Positions 1-13,896 of a stretch of DNA of 64,000 nucleotides are shown one piece after another; position 1 is the stretch's first letter, and the number at the start of each line of letters is the position of its first letter. The position numbers and the translations under genes were made by a program. The notes below the pieces were generated by a model that searched no databases, was not told where the DNA came from, and was given only the letters and a program-made list of their open reading frames with translations. This stretch comes from Sphyrna mokarran (Eukaryota), in the NCBI GenBank assembly GCA_024679065.1, contig JAGIQG010000012.1:48856001-48920000 (forward strand), in the 5' to 3' direction.

Positions 1-1504
1 ATCTTCACCATTACCCTTAAATGCCCAATCCCACTGTCTTTGGCAACTTGCTCTGAAAGTGCTGCTGTTCTGAACATCCAGACTGCCCACCTACCCAGCT
101 TATGCTGATTCCTTATATTGCTCTTACCTGGAATTCAGTGCTTCTTCTACGTTTTCACTCCACCACTGTTAATGTAATTCTGGATGAATGTTTCATAATT
201 GAACTTCAATTGAGCATTTTCACATATTTTGGAAGCTCATTTTAGAATGGGAGCATTGCTCATAATCACAGTTAAATAGAGAAATATTGTTTTCTTCCAG
301 AATCATCACTGTTGATGTGCATCTAATTTTCTGTAACAACTGACATAATAAAACCCCACAATATTTTCAACTGACTGCTTTCTGCAAAACAACATAATGA
401 TTTGTGAAGAATCAATGCATGCTCTTCATAAATTGTTCAAATGTACATGCCAGACTAGAAGGGAACAGGGAAATCATTCAAAGTGACGAGCATCCATTTT
501 TAATAAGGAAAGATTATGGCTTTGTTGTATTAAAACTGCATGATAAAATAATCTATATTTGATTTGGTTAACAAATGAATAAGCTTGTTTCAATGATTGC
601 ATGCAGTTTATTTATTCTTTTGCTTTGGAAATTAACTTCATAATAGTTAATCACAGTACATAATCACTATCCTTTGATACAGTATATTTAATAATTGGGG
701 GAAAGAAACTATTGATGGAAAAAAGATCTGTTAAATCATTTTGTGTGAGGTCATGTTGCAGTACATTTACTGGCAACCAGACAGGTATCATTTACAGCTA
801 TTGCTGCTATTTCACGTATTCCACTTAATAATACATACGGCAGCAATGCAACACCAGCCTACAACCACATTCTTTTCTACTTTCCACTTTAAAATATTGC
901 CTTCTATTCTTACCCAGATGTTGTCCAGCAATTGGGATATTCTTTCTGCAGAAATGCCTCACTGGCTTGCCTAATATATCCCTCTTGCCTTCCAGCGTTA
1001 TACTTGTGATACAGCATCTAAACTATATAACAACAGCTTGTTAGTGCGATTTTGATTTAACAGCAAGTGTGAATGACAAAGTGAAATGAGTCCGCCAGAC
1101 ACTTTCTTTTGTGTGACAATTACCATTTAATAAGTTGACAGAAACTGGAATTGAGGGAAGAAATGTTAGATTAGATCTGACATTGGGCATGGGGATCAGG
1201 ATGCACAATTACCCCGCACACAAACTTCATGCTGTGTACTCATCAACGTGATTGCGGTGAGCAGCCTGGTGTGAAATGCACTGCCGACTGGCTGCACGCT
1301 CAGCACGGGGCCCAGCAGTCTATGTGTCTGGCACAAAGTAGAGCTAACTTGCACTTGTCAAAGGCAGGCTACTCTTCTTAAAGTGGTGGGGGTTATCGAA
1401 GTGGTGGGGGAGTGAAGATGTGGGGGTGCACTTAAGCTCTGGAAGAAAATTCAAGAATATTTTGGAAAAGCATAAGAAACATTATTAAGCCTTTTAATAG
1501 AATG

Positions 1505-1668
1505 TTGGCTTATCTGATGTCTCTACTCCACTTCCCTGCCCAACCACACTCTCCTTTGACTCCGAGAAACCAAAAATCTGCCTATTCAGCTTCAATTGTA
1601 TTCAACAATGATATATCTACCAGCCGCTAGGGTAGAGAGTTCAAAAGATTCACAACTCTTTGAGTGAC
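1505..1668 (-). mobile_element. CR1-type LINE 3' fragment
   Basis: Matches the reverse complement of the CR1 3' region seen repeatedly in this window (ggtagagagttcaaaagattcacaactctttgagtg). Confidence 0.6.
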
Positions 1669-2599
1669 AATACTTAAGCACATAGCCAGAAGGCAACATC
1701 TGGTGGCTGATCTTTTAGCATCCTTTGTAGCGCAGGCAAAGGTAAACTCAGGGGAACTCAGACTGAGAACACAGATTCTATACTTTTTGGTCATCCAGGC
1801 TCAGACTGCTCCCAACAGGGCTGAGAATACGAGTGCCCTCAGATGCATTCAGCCTCTCACATCAGTGCAACAAACAGGATATTGAGATTGCAGAGGCATT
1901 GTCTCAGGGGACTAGCATGACTCCATAGCCGTGAATCTATGGTCCTCTCTCAAGATGAAAGCAATCCTACACTTACCATTGCCAGTCTGCCATGTTGCGA
2001 TGTCCACCCTTGCCCCAATTGAGATCCTAAGGTGGCCAATTATTGATCACTTACGGACCATTTTCCACCCAGCCTCAATTTTCTGGTGGGAGAATTAACC
2101 TGGCATGGTGGAAACCCCAAAATGAACATGCTGAGATCTCAGCAGGAAGCATGAGAGGCCATCTTCCTGCAGCCACCTTCTAAGATTCAGTGACCACAGA
2201 ATCACTCTGCCTCCTAGACCTTTATCTCAACATCCCCATTCACCCCCTTTGCCCCCCCCCCAGGCCTCATTACTCTCCTTAAACATACCTTGCCTTCCAG
2301 TTCTGAGACTTAGGCTTAGGCATCTTCCCAAAGTTCTTCTTTAGTCCACTGCAGCTCTTGTCATTGTGGAGATTGGAGAGGTGCCTCTGTCTTATTTCCC
2401 TCCATACCTTCTTCAAACTCATCTCACCCATAAGATACAGCTTCAGCTCCTTTCACCTTACTCACAGTAAACAGCTGAGTACTCATTCCTGTGCACCACC
2501 ACCAGCCAATCCTGTTCCCCAGCCCCATATTGTCCCTCAATCCCCCCAAACCCTCCACATCCTCCCACTCTAGCCAATACTATAGATCAGGTACTGCTC

Positions 2600-2730
2600 T
2601 CCTTGTTTGAAAAAAGCATCACCGTTCACCTCAAAAAAGCTACCATCTACCCCACTGTCCTTGCATGCTGCTTTCTTTCCTCTCTGAAGTTCTTGAACAT
2701 ACTATTGTCTTCCAAGTCCACATACATGTT
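2600..2730 (+). mobile_element. L2-type LINE RT fragment, degenerate
   Basis: KSITVHLKKATIYPTVLA..LS resembles the L2 motif AxITPLLKKPxLDPxxLxNYRPISxLxFLSK. Confidence 0.45.
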
Positions 2731-5700
2731 GAACAATAATACCCTCCAGTTAAACACAGTCAAACCTAATGATCCTGGAAAGCATTTTAACTTATCTGAC
2801 CTGCCGAGAATGGGAGTAGGGAGGGTCAGTACACCATCTGGAATTCAGAAGTTGGGTTTTCCAAACACCGTGTGAAGTTTTAACTTGTTCTATTGCTTGT
2901 AGGTGACGTCACTTCCCTATCTTGGAAACTGGCTGGATTGATAGGCTTGAATCCTTTGTTGGGCTGGGTTAAGCGTGAGGGAGGCTGTAGGCAGGAGATT
3001 TCCGGTCTATGGGGATGCAGAGGGAAGTGCAAAAGGCCTGGTAGGAGACCAGAGGCCTTGGTTAAGTGATGTTGGCGGGGGGAATCTGAGGTTGGTTGGA
3101 GAAGTGTGGAGGCAGGGAAGGGGGTTGGCGAAGGTAGTGGGGAATATGTTGCCAGGTAATCAGAGACAAGGTGCAAAAGAAAAGGCTGTGGGGGAGGCAG
3201 GATATCAGAGACCACATCACTCCAAACTATTCTTGACTACATGAGTGATTTATTTAAGAGCGTGGCCCCTTTAAAAAAATTTAGTGAGGCCATGAACATG
3301 CAGTAAGTTGTAGATCTGACTTGTACGTTGCCCACCCAGAGAAACTTGGGCCATTTCATGACCATCCAGCTTACAGAGAATAGAATTTGGATACAGTGGG
3401 CATTGGTATGAGAAAATCAGAGGCCTTTGGATGGATGGGTGACCTCTGTGGCTGGAGGTTAGATATTTTAGGCCCAGCTGATTCTACGTCAGGTGGAGCT
3501 TTATCAGAGACCTAAAATGGCAAAGAAAAGAGGAGGATGGGGCAGAATGGAAGGCCCAGAGGAGTGGAAGGTTAGAGGCCTTAGATGAAATTGGAAAATT
3601 GGAGCAGTTGGAGTGCAGCAGTGTGATAAGTGCAGTGTTCCATCACGTGGGTGTTGTCCAGGGTTCATTACATGATATGAATATTGAATATAGCCCACCT
3701 GCAAGTGTGCCTTGACAAGCCTAATCTTTTGGTGGAACTCATTCATTTTGCATGTTGCTGGATTAATATAGTCTCCGAGATTTCATGATGGTGCTGTTTT
3801 GCATAGACATCAGTGTAAACCAGATGCAGGCATGCAGTCATTTTGTTCAACTTCAATCTGTTGTCCAATTTTGATGAGTTTTCTTTTTTAAAACAAAATC
3901 ACAATCAAAAACATTTGCTCATGTGCATGCAGCAACAGCTAGCATGAGGAGTCTATATATTAAAAGAACAAAACTATACCTTATGAATGAATTTGCTTCA
4001 CTGACTATGAACTGTACGGAAAATATGACATTCTTGTGGTTCTGTGCACTATCACTATACATGGATATTAGCACAGTGACTCAGTTTAGATTTCAGTCCA
4101 GATTCAGTTAAATCCTTCCCCAAACACTCGATTTAAAATTCCTTCAGTAAAATAAAAGCTGTCTGTACTAAACCTTTGATTTATGAGGTTTTACTCGGCT
4201 GTAATGAAAGGAAAAGCAAAATCTAACCTAGATGTATTTTTAAACGGTGTCTTAATGCAACATTTTGTATGGAATTTAGTCAGCACTATTAGCCTTTGTC
4301 AACAATATTAAATAGTCCATGCATCAAACCCCTCAATGCACCAACAGCAGGAAATCAAAAATATTTATAAAGCTGTGGTTCCACCTACAGGCTGGTGATA
4401 TATTGCTAACTGCACTTCCAACAACTGAAATAAAACAAGACAGAAGATCGTCACTGCAAATTCTGTAAAACTGGGTTTTGTAATGCCTGAGATTTTGTTA
4501 GTTTGATGTTAAAATGGCACCCGTACCATGTACGCTCATTCCAAATATGGACTATACCAAAAACTATCTTGATGAGGGCTGTTATGACCAGGTGAGAAGG
4601 GAACTGGCTCCCTAACCTATTCAAAATCCTCAGTTTGTCTTTTCCACAAAATATGCCATTTCTGAATTGGAATGTGTACAACTATTTAAAACGTGCACAA
4701 CAAGGAGCTAATGAAACAAAGTTTTCTTGTAAAAAGAAAGAGAAAATTTATTAATGAGAAAAATAATAAAAGGGCAACATCAAGCATTTGGCTTACATGC
4801 AGTAAACAGGACACATGTACAAACATACATGAAAACGAGCACACACATATATCAGAAACAAGGAGAGATGGTGTCCAATAAAGAAAGGTGGAAGAATATA
4901 TGGTTTTGTGTTCCTTGGTTGTCTTTGAGGCATAGATTTCAAGCCTTTCATCTGATTTAGGTTAGCTGATTTCTTGGATGGACAGATGCAGAAAACACTG
5001 CAATCATTTCGAGCTCTCAGTTCACTGGTAGGTTTCTGGTAGAGATGGCTTCTCGAACTGAACAGCATGCTTATTCTAAAAGAGAAAGCGGTCCTCAGCT
5101 GATTTCCTGTACTGAAGACTTTCTGGATACTGCTTGTGTCACTTGCAATCTCTCACAAATGGTTGACAGCATTAACATGAAATATTTCATCCATTGTGTA
5201 TTTCCAAGAGATTTTTGAGATTTCTGTCTGCGGCAGCCATTGCTTCAATATCTAGTACTTTGCATTTTAATGCCTCTTCCTGAGACAGTGATTTTCAATG
5301 TGTATCTGTATTATAGGAAATGTCTCCCTCTTCACATTTCCCTGCAGGTGATTTGTTTGTTTTCATATTCAACATGAAATATGGCTTTGCATTTTATGTG
5401 GTTTACTTTATCTCATTTCAAACTGCAAAATGTCCAGTCAGTTGAAAATTGAAAAATCTTGTTTTTGCTTTCAAAAATTAATGTGCTTGGCTTCATTATA
5501 GGACATTAAAGTCATCACAAGGCATATAACGGAGTAGCAAAAAGCATATTCAGTCAGCATGTAATATTGATTGCATGCAAGGCTGCCATTCCTCTCTTAA
5601 CCTCAGAGAACGGAACATGTATTGCTCATAAGGAATGACCAGTGTTCTTTAAAGGGATCATCAACAACCTGAGGATTAATTTCTGATGACTTTCTATTGG

Positions 5701-5837
5701 CTCTGTCTGAAAATGCTGGGCATTTTGAGGGAGTTGGTTGAAGTTGCTGGATGTGCTCGGGAGTGGTGCTGCGGCTATTTAAGAGTTTAATCACTTTGGG
5801 CATATCACTTATCCCAGTCATGAAGATATGAGCTAGG

Positions 5838-6630
5838 GTTATAGATGTTTACAGCATGGAAGCAGGCTCTTTGGCCCAACTTGTTCATGCTGCCCTTCTT
5901 TTTAAACCCCTAGGCTAGTCCCAATTGCCCACATTTGGCCCATATCCTTCTATACCCATTTTGCCCATGTAACTATCTAAATGCTTTTTAAAAGATAAAA
6001 TTGTACCCAACTCTACTACTGCCTCTGGCAGCTTGTTCCAGACACTCACCACCATCTGAGTGAAAAATTTGCCTTGTGGACCCATTTGTATCTCTCCCCT
6101 CTCACCTTAAATCTGTGCCCTCTAGTTTTAGACTCCCCTACATTTAGGAAAAGATGTTGACGATCTATCTTATCAATGCCCCTCATTATTTTATAGATCT
6201 CTATAAAATTACCCCGAAACCTCCTATACTTCAGGGAAAAGAATCCCAGCTTCTCCTTATAATTCAAATCGTCAAGGTCTGCTAGTATTCTAGAAAGAAA
6301 GCACTCTTTCTAGTTTAGTAATATCATTTCTGTGATAGGACAATCAGAACTTCACACATATTCCAAGTGTGGTTTTACCAATGTCTTGTACAACTTCAAC
6401 ACAACGTCCCAGCTCCTGTATTCAATGTTCTGGCCAACGAAACGAAACATACCGAATGCCTTCTTCACCTCTCTTTCACTTGTACCTCCGTTTTCTAGGA
6501 GCTATAAACCTGTAGCCCGAGATCTCTTTGTTTTATAACTCTCCCCAACGCCCTACCATTAACTGAATAGTCTTCTCCTGGTTCGATCTAACAAAATGCA
6601 TCATCTCGCATTTATCTCAATTAAACTGCA
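5838..6630 (-). mobile_element. CR1 (HER1-like) LINE, 3' part of ORF2 and 3' UTR
   Basis: ORF 6046-6267 EKLGFFSLKYRRFRGNFIEIYKIMRGIDKIDRQHLF..TRGHRFKV is the CR1 ORF2 C-terminus; the 3' UTR follows toward 5838. Confidence 0.9.
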
Positions 6631-6649
6631 ATTATATTCTTTCATTTGG

Positions 6650-8940
6650 GTCTGTGATGATCGCTGGGGCGGGGGAATGGTAAAAGTGAGTGCCAATTAT
6701 GGTAGGGGAGCCATCAGTCTCATTTGTTGGTCAATTGAGGCCGTTAAGATGCCAAGTGGTTGTGCAGGATGCTCTCTAAACCTAGAAGATCCAATCTTGT
6801 ACTGCAAAACCTCACCATGGGATGACAAAATTATGGGCTGGCTGGCTGGCAATGTGAGCTGGCAATGGTTGGAACACAATGTTGTCATCCTGAAACAGGA
6901 CAGCAGATTCATACTCTATGGAACCACTGCCACTTCTCCAGAATGATATCTCAGCAATCCTGGTAATCTGCTGTAGAACGGGTTTGTGGAATGCTGTGTG
7001 ATCCTGCAAGACATTGCAGCACTCATATTCAGTCAATATGGCAACAATCTGGGCTTACATGGCTACAAGCTTAGTTTTTATCATCTCTATCTGAGCAGAC
7101 CTTAAATATTGGGTGACATCTGCATATGCTGCAAAGGAAAATGAGATGTTGGCAGTAAAGCATTGCATAATGATCGGGTCTGCAAGTATTCCCATGGAAA
7201 GGATGGGGCCCACATTCTGCACAAAACCTGATGTCAATTTGGAGCTGAACTCCTCCATGCTCTTTGACAGTGACTACAAGTCCCAAGAAGGCTTGCCAAT
7301 GTGTCAAGCATTCTCAATGGGCATGTCCATCAGCCCTTTTCCTGCACATTGCCTCATGGAAATCCATATTAGAACCTTCTGCAGCAGAATCTGGATGCAA
7401 CCACACCCCCAAATGAGCTAGCACCCACTCTATTATTTCTCCCTGTCAGAGTTTCAGCCTACATGTGCCTGGTGATCATGTAAATATCCTTCCTCAGTGT
7501 TACCCTCCAAAGTACATGTACTTTCAGTGCTGGTGGCTGTAAGTGTGAGATCGAGTGGTGGTGTTTCATCATCATCAGTGCCTTTGCCTTCGTGCCTGGC
7601 CAGGTATCCATTCTTGGGCATCCAAAAGGAGAAAGGCACAAAAATATGGTTGTGGAAGGGGGAAATCAAAAGCTTTATGCTTACCTATCTGAGATTTATA
7701 AATCAGAAGCAATTGAAGGATGATCGGAAAGTGAAATATAGGAAGATGGATTAGGTAGGAATATATCATCATCTTTTATAGTTTCAATCCCAATGCTGCC
7801 TAAGTCTCAGCAAATCTTTGGGGTGACATTGTTGGCATTGATTTCTTTGGCTATCTGCTCCTATTCTCTTTTAGTGCTTATCCACAGAGCTATTTATGAA
7901 TCCATTCATTCCTCCATGGTAGTGAGGACCTGCAGCAATGTCTGTTCCACACTAATTAGCTCTTATTGTCTGTGGCTATGAGCCACCTTGAGATGCACTG
8001 TGTTGGGTAAGGTTGTTGTTGCAGTTGAACAGCTAGAGTGTGTGCAAGCTGCAAGGTGTGAATGTGAGAGGTACAGCAATGAAAAGTGTTTGAAGGTGAA
8101 GTAAAGTTTTGAATGTTATGTATTTATTTATTAGTGTTGCAAGTAGGCTTACATTGAGACTGCAATGAAGTTGCTGTGAAAATCCCCTAGTCACCATGCT
8201 CTGGCATCTGTTCAGGTTCGCTGAGGGAGAATTTAGCATGGCTATCGCACCTAACCAGCACATCTTTCAGACTATAGGGGGAAACCAGAGCACCTGGAGG
8301 AAACCCATGCAGACACAGGCAAATGTACAGGCTTCACGCAGACAGTGGCTCAAGCCAGGAATCAAACCTGGGTCCATTCTGTGAACAGAAATGCTAACTA
8401 TTGTGTCACCATGTGAATTATGATTATTAGAAATTATTAGTAGGTGAGAATGAATGGGTGTAAGGAGTTGAATGATGTTTGAGTCAGTAGAGTCACTTGT
8501 AGACATATGGCATTTGAAGATGAAGTACCAACTATTGTCACTTATGGAAGGTCATCAAACACCTTTTGATGCTGTATCGATGTGCCTGTGGTGACACAGT
8601 TGGCATTGATCTCTGAGCCTATCTGCTCTTATTTCTTTCTGTGTACTTCTCTAAAGAGACTCCAGGACATTACTCCTGTAGATCTGCACCAGCATCTTGA
8701 GTGCTACATCAGAAATTTTATAAGCACATTGTCCACCATGCTATGTTATCTTCAGTCATCCTGTCCCTCAGTCAGTCTTCCCCAACCAGTATCTGCTGCA
8801 GCCAGAATGCATCTTTAAGATGCGCTGGCTTCCTTGAAGTGGTGTTAGCCACAAGAATTTGGGCTTCCTATTGAGGCATGCAAACACTCTGTAGCACATT
8901 TAGCACCAGGCTGCTTGTCAGTATTATTTAAATAAGCAGC
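6650..8940 (-). mobile_element. PIF/Harbinger transposon remnant with degenerate spliced Myb/SANT ORF
   Basis: Minus-strand translation near 8540-8740 gives ISDVALKMLVQ..EQIGSEINAN..IQHQKVFDDL (Myb/SANT-like); near 7900-7990 KVAHSHRQ..LQVLTTMEE; 7055-7640 acidic and coiled-coil tail homologous to 44820-45400. Contains stops and frameshifts. Confidence 0.65.
8118..8412 (-). mobile_element. HE1-type tRNA-derived SINE (non-CR1 tail variant)
   Basis: Reverse complement has the A/B-box-like head and the tgggtttcctccaggtgctctggtttcc core; tail ttttcacagcaacttcattgcag..taataaataaa. Confidence 0.8.
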
Positions 8941-9204
8941 ATAACATTTTTTTTTCAATACTCCTTGTCTATAGTTCTTAATATCTGTTTTTCTATACTT
9001 TTCTGTCATTTGTATTGACGCCATTTCCCAGGATCTTATTTCTTCTCACAATGGCAAGATGTCAAGACTAGGAAGGAGGTCATCTTTCTAGCTGAGGGTA
9101 TGAAACCCAAGAGACTAACCATGTGAAGGGGTGGGTGCAAGTGGCAATTGTCTTCAATTCCCTTAGTTTGTTCTATTAATCTGGTAGCTGAGCGTTTGCT
9201 TATC

Positions 9205-9525
9205 ATCTTAAAGCTTTGTCCTCAAATTGAAAGGTTGACCTGTCTAAATGCCTCATGATTTTGAGCACCTCTATCAAACCTCCTCTCAACATTCTTTCAT
9301 TGATAACAATGCAATCTATCCTCATTGTTGAAGTTCCTCATCTGTGGAACCATTCTTAGAAATCTTTTTTTCACCCTCTCTAGAGCCTTTGTATGCTTTC
9401 TAAGCTGCAGTACCCAGAAATAAAACTGAATTAGTGTTTTATAATGGTTCATCACAACTACCACTAACTTGGACTCTATATTTTTATATAAAGTCTGTGA
9501 TCCTATAAGCTTTGTTGGTAGGATG
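9205..9525 (-). mobile_element. CR1 ORF2 C-terminal fragment
   Basis: IQFYFWVLQLRKHTKALERVKKRFLRMVPQMRNFNNEDRL resembles CR1 VQFWSPxxRKDxxALERVQRRFTRM. Confidence 0.75.
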
Positions 9526-9762
9526 TCCTGTTTTATCAAAAAATTACTTCATGAGTTTATTGGTTGAAACTTGGTTTTAGAAAGATTAAGCAAGCTGTTA
9601 AGATAACAAGGAGGTTGGTAACTAAGTTTCCAGATAGTTCTTAATTAAATGACCCTGGACAGGAGTGCTTTCCTTGGAATGGACATGCTGAGATAAAGCC
9701 ATCTGTGGAATTCACAGTTTGTATTGTCCATTGGACAAGTTCCATTGGACTCCTATTCTCAC

Positions 9763-10770
9763 AGGCCAGAAATTTTACACAAAAGAAGAAGATCACCACC
9801 AGTACAAACATGGGATGGAGACCCAGATGCAGAAGTCTCATCCCCAAACCCAGCAGGGAATGGGAATGGGTTGTAATGTACACATCCGTGGTTTATGAAG
9901 GAACTACATATGTTAAAGTGCAGCTGCATCAGTCAGGATAGTTTGACTGATGAGATCAAACATACAACTAGTGCACTCTAGACCTGATTCCCGTGGTGGG
10001 CAGGATGGGAAAGTTTTGCCCAGTATATGGTAAGATGGCACTTAGTTAGTATGGGGATATAAAGGAACATAGAGGTTAGAAGGGCATAAGTTAGCACAGG
10101 AAATATAAAGGGCCAAGGATGTTGATACAGGGCATATATTAGCAGGAAGGACATGAGGGGATATTGGTATGGGAAGAGAGCCCTTGAGAGTGGTTGAAAG
10201 GCATAGACTAGCATGGAAGGAATAAAGGGCTGTAGGAGTGAGTGGAAGGATATAGGTTATATAAAGCCTATAAATAACCATGATGGGTAGGCAGAGAGGC
10301 ATAATTTGACACGCAGAGTACAATATACCATGGAAAACTGTGTAGAGGGACATAAGTGTCATAGAACATATGAAGGGCCACAGGCAGATGGATGGTGGAG
10401 CATAGCTTGGCATAGAGGATATGGGGGGATATGTGTGGTGGGTGAGAGGAGTGAGGTGATATAGGTTGGCATGGATGGGGATGGGAAATGTGGAGTTAAG
10501 GTGGTGCGAGGAGTGAGGATTGTTTCTTGTTTTATTCATTTGTTGGTATTTTCAACAATATGCTAAAGCACTGAGTTAGGCCTTTTTCCCAGTCTGCCTC
10601 TGCACCTAACCATCTCTGAACTCCTTCCCGGGCTGCCTGGCATGACCCCCATTTTTAGCCATTCCATGCTAGATCAAAAATCTGAACATCCAGGGTCAGC
10701 TTTCTCCTTGGTCAATCTTGCAGAGCTCAGGATTGTGTGTGCCCCCGACTTGGAGTGAAAATTCAGGCTA
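9763..10770. mobile_element. Non-autonomous Harbinger-type DNA element
   Basis: Ends ggccagaaattttacac and gtgaaaattcaggc form an imperfect inverted pair; the interior has degenerate GGGCAT-rich repeats like 39760-40080. Confidence 0.45.
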
Positions 10771-11139
10771 CCTTCTCTAAATTCGAATCTTAACAAAGAG
10801 AGCTGTAGAGAAACAAGTTCATCATAAGAAGATGTGAATAGCCATCACCCTTCCCATTGTGTAGCTCTGGCTTCTAACCTTGAATCATTTATGTGGATAA
10901 TGGAAATATTGATCCATTGCCACCTCACTGAAACTGATTCAGATAACACTTGATTCCAAAGACCAGAGAGGAAAAAGTCTATCCAAGGAGCAGCACAGAA
11001 GATCCCTGAATGGCTATGTATTTCTCTCACTCGCCATCTATTTTTATAACCATGAACCCTGTATGCTGTTTTTGACAGTCCATGCACTGCAGGGAGAAAT
11101 ATTTTTAGAAAATTCAACCCAGCATCTGCTGTTGCCAGA

Positions 11140-11430
11140 GAAGTGGATAATTTATCAATTTCCACCGATACCTCCTTTGCCATGCTTGAATGCATCCCAT
11201 CTGGTCCTGGTGACTTATCAACTTTAACTGCAGCAAGCCATTTTAAAACCTTTTCTATCAATTTTTGCGAATTCAATTTCTCAATAACCTTTCATTTTAT
11301 TATGATTTTGGCAACATCTTTCCCTTTACTAAAGACAATCAAAAATACTTATTCAGTGGCTCAGCCATGACCATGACTTCCATGTGAAAATCTTAATTTT
11401 TTTTTCCAATGGACTCAAGATTCCTTTTAC
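11140..11430 (-). mobile_element. CR1 ORF2 fragment (pre-RT tether)
   Basis: VLKWLAAVKVDKSPGPDGMH is the KSPGPDG motif. Confidence 0.8.
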
Positions 11431-12514
11431 TACTATTGCCTTAAAAGATTGAAATCAACCACGTCTGTAAGTTACCATAACACAGACTTTTATTCACAAG
11501 CATGCTTGGGAAACACAACTTGCTCCTACAGGGTCAACACCCTTTACAAAGACTGTGCAACATGTTCATATATTTTGGTTTTCACACTTGCACTATAAAA
11601 TCCTAATAAGTAGAATTATACAGGCTGACCTCCTCACCCTGGAGTGCCCCGTTGTCCACAGTCATCTCCCTAAGAGGCTGAGAATGTCTGTGATCTATGC
11701 CTATGACTTGTAGCTTTAATACTTGAACATTGTTCATTCTTTAATGATGAAGATCATTAAGTCTTGTGGTTATTAGATTCCCACATCATGCCGATGTGTT
11801 GGCTATATTGCCCACCATGCTGAGAAAGTACTTTAGTAACTACCTTTGTATACTTTTAAAGAGGTTAATGCTCATAACTACATTTGTCTATTTCAAGCTA
11901 TTAATCTTAATATCAAATTATTTCAATTACCCCATGTCACTACCATTTTATGATTTATCTGCTTATAAAAGACCTTGTGAGTGTTCTATAATAGCTATTA
12001 GTCCATTCTTATAGTCTCTCTCTATCACCCATAATTCCTTTTGTGCTTACTTTGAACTTTCTGTACTCACCCTGACATCTGTCATACGCATCCTTTTTCT
12101 GTTTCACCCTATCTTCTGTGTCTTACATCGCCTACAAAGTTTTTGTTTCTGTTGTTCTGTATTATCAGTGAAAGATATCAGTGTTATCTATAAAAAAACT
12201 CTTACTAAGAATATTGCTATGCAGCATCTGAAACAGCTTAGACATCTTCTTGACAACAACTTCTAAACACATGGATTGATTTATTTATTAACCATAATAT
12301 GGTAAAGAAATTTGAAGGCTTTTATGTCATTTTGCATAATTTGAACAATATATCATTGTTAGACTTTAACTTGCTTCACTGACAAATAAATTTCATTTTA
12401 TGGAACATGACAGTTTATTGCTTGCAGTAGGTTAGCAAAAAGAGAAAAAATAGTTGTAATAATTTATCATAAATTGTAATGGAATATTATTTGCCATTTG
12501 ACCATCTTTGACAA

Positions 12515-12990
12515 CAACAATCTGATTTATACACTGCCATTACCATAATAGAACATCTCAAGACATTCCGCAGGAGCATTACAAAGCAAAATTTGACATT
12601 AAGCCACAAAAAGCAATATTAGGCCAGGCAGCCAAAAGCTTGGTCAATGAGGTAGGTTTTAAATAGCATCTTAATGGAGGAAAGAAAAGTGAGAAGGTTC
12701 AGGAAGCTAATTCAAGAATTTAGGACCTTGGCAACCTAGGGCACAAACCCTACTGTTGGAGCAATTAAAATTGAGGATGCTCTAGAGTCCAGGACTGGAT
12801 GAGTGCAGATAGCTTTGAGAGTTGTGGGGCTGGAGGAGGTTACAAAGTCAAAGATTTGAAAATACAAGGTAAAAAAATATATAAAATTGAGGTTTTGCTT
12901 AACTAGTAGCCAATGGAGATTAGCAAGCTAATGGTTCAATACACCGTGTTATGAGCAGCAATATTTTGGATGACCCAAAATTTTGAAGAA
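12515..12990 (-). mobile_element. L2-type LINE 3' end
   Basis: caacaacaatctgatttatac..aaagcttggtcaatgaggtaggttttaaatagcatcttaatggagg resembles reverse-oriented L2 3' ends. Confidence 0.55.
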
Positions 12991-13629
12991 TTTACAAGAG
13001 GAGAGGAATTCAAGAATAATGCAAGTTCAGAACTACAGCAAGGAAGAACTTTAGTGAGAGTACCGCCTAGTGGGCTACTGGAAGGGAGGGAATAAACAGA
13101 GGCAGTTGATCAGATTGTCTTGATTTGAGTGGCAAAAAGGTCCATGATCTATTTATAACAATACAGAGGCCAGGGGATAATATTTAAGAAGATGATGCTG
13201 TAAAAATCAGGGTTTTGCAATGGATATTGTTGAGTTGGATTTCAGTAATGCATTTAATATGGTCCCACATGGCAGACTGGTCAGAAAAGTGAGATCTCAT
13301 GGATACAGGAGAAGGTGGCAGTATGAATCCAAAATAAGCTCAGTGACAGGAAACAAAGAGTAATGTCAATGAATGTTTTTGTGAATGGAAAGAAGTTTCC
13401 AGTGATGTTCCACAGGACTCAGTGTTGGGACCCTTGTGTTTGTTGTATATATTAATGACTTAGATGTAAATGTGGGTGGCAAGATCGGTAAATTTGCAGA
13501 TGACACAAAAATTGGCCATCTAGTTTGTAATGAAAAGGATAGCTGTCGACTGCAGAATGAAATCAATGGTTTAGTTGAGTGGATAGGAAAGTGGCAAATG
13601 GAATTCAATTTGGAAAAGTGTGAGATAAT

Positions 13630-13765
13630 AGCTGGAATGTTACAGCCATTCACGCAGGTGTGATTTTCCTGTCCCGCTGAAATGAATTGAAATTTGGCTG
13701 TAAACCAAATTTTCCAAACTCACTGTAGCGAGAGAGTAACGTGAACGGTTGGTAAGATTGCACCC
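13630..13765. mobile_element. Harbinger-type MITE, about 136 bp, AAT target duplication
   Basis: Interrupts CR1 at gagatAAT|..|AATgcattttgg; an inverted copy of the same family lies at 61616-61752. Confidence 0.75.
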
Positions 13766-13896
13766 AATGCATTTTGGGTAGGCAGACAAAGCAAGGGATG
13801 CTTAATAAGTGGGAAGATACTGAGAGGGGTTGAGAAAGTTAGGAATCTTGGAGTGCATGTTCACAAGTTCTTGAACGTGGCAGAACAAATGGACTG

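Noticed and set aside
3500-3850. Possible additional Harbinger coding remnant
   Set aside because: Too degenerate to assign to either transposase or Myb/SANT.
6650-7420. Possible Harbinger transposase
   Set aside because: The translation instead matches the C-terminal part of the Myb/SANT ORF seen at 45279-45400; no DDE motifs found.
10042-10539. 165-aa ORF, the longest in the window
   Set aside because: Lies in the low-complexity interior of a non-autonomous DNA element; no protein-like motif.
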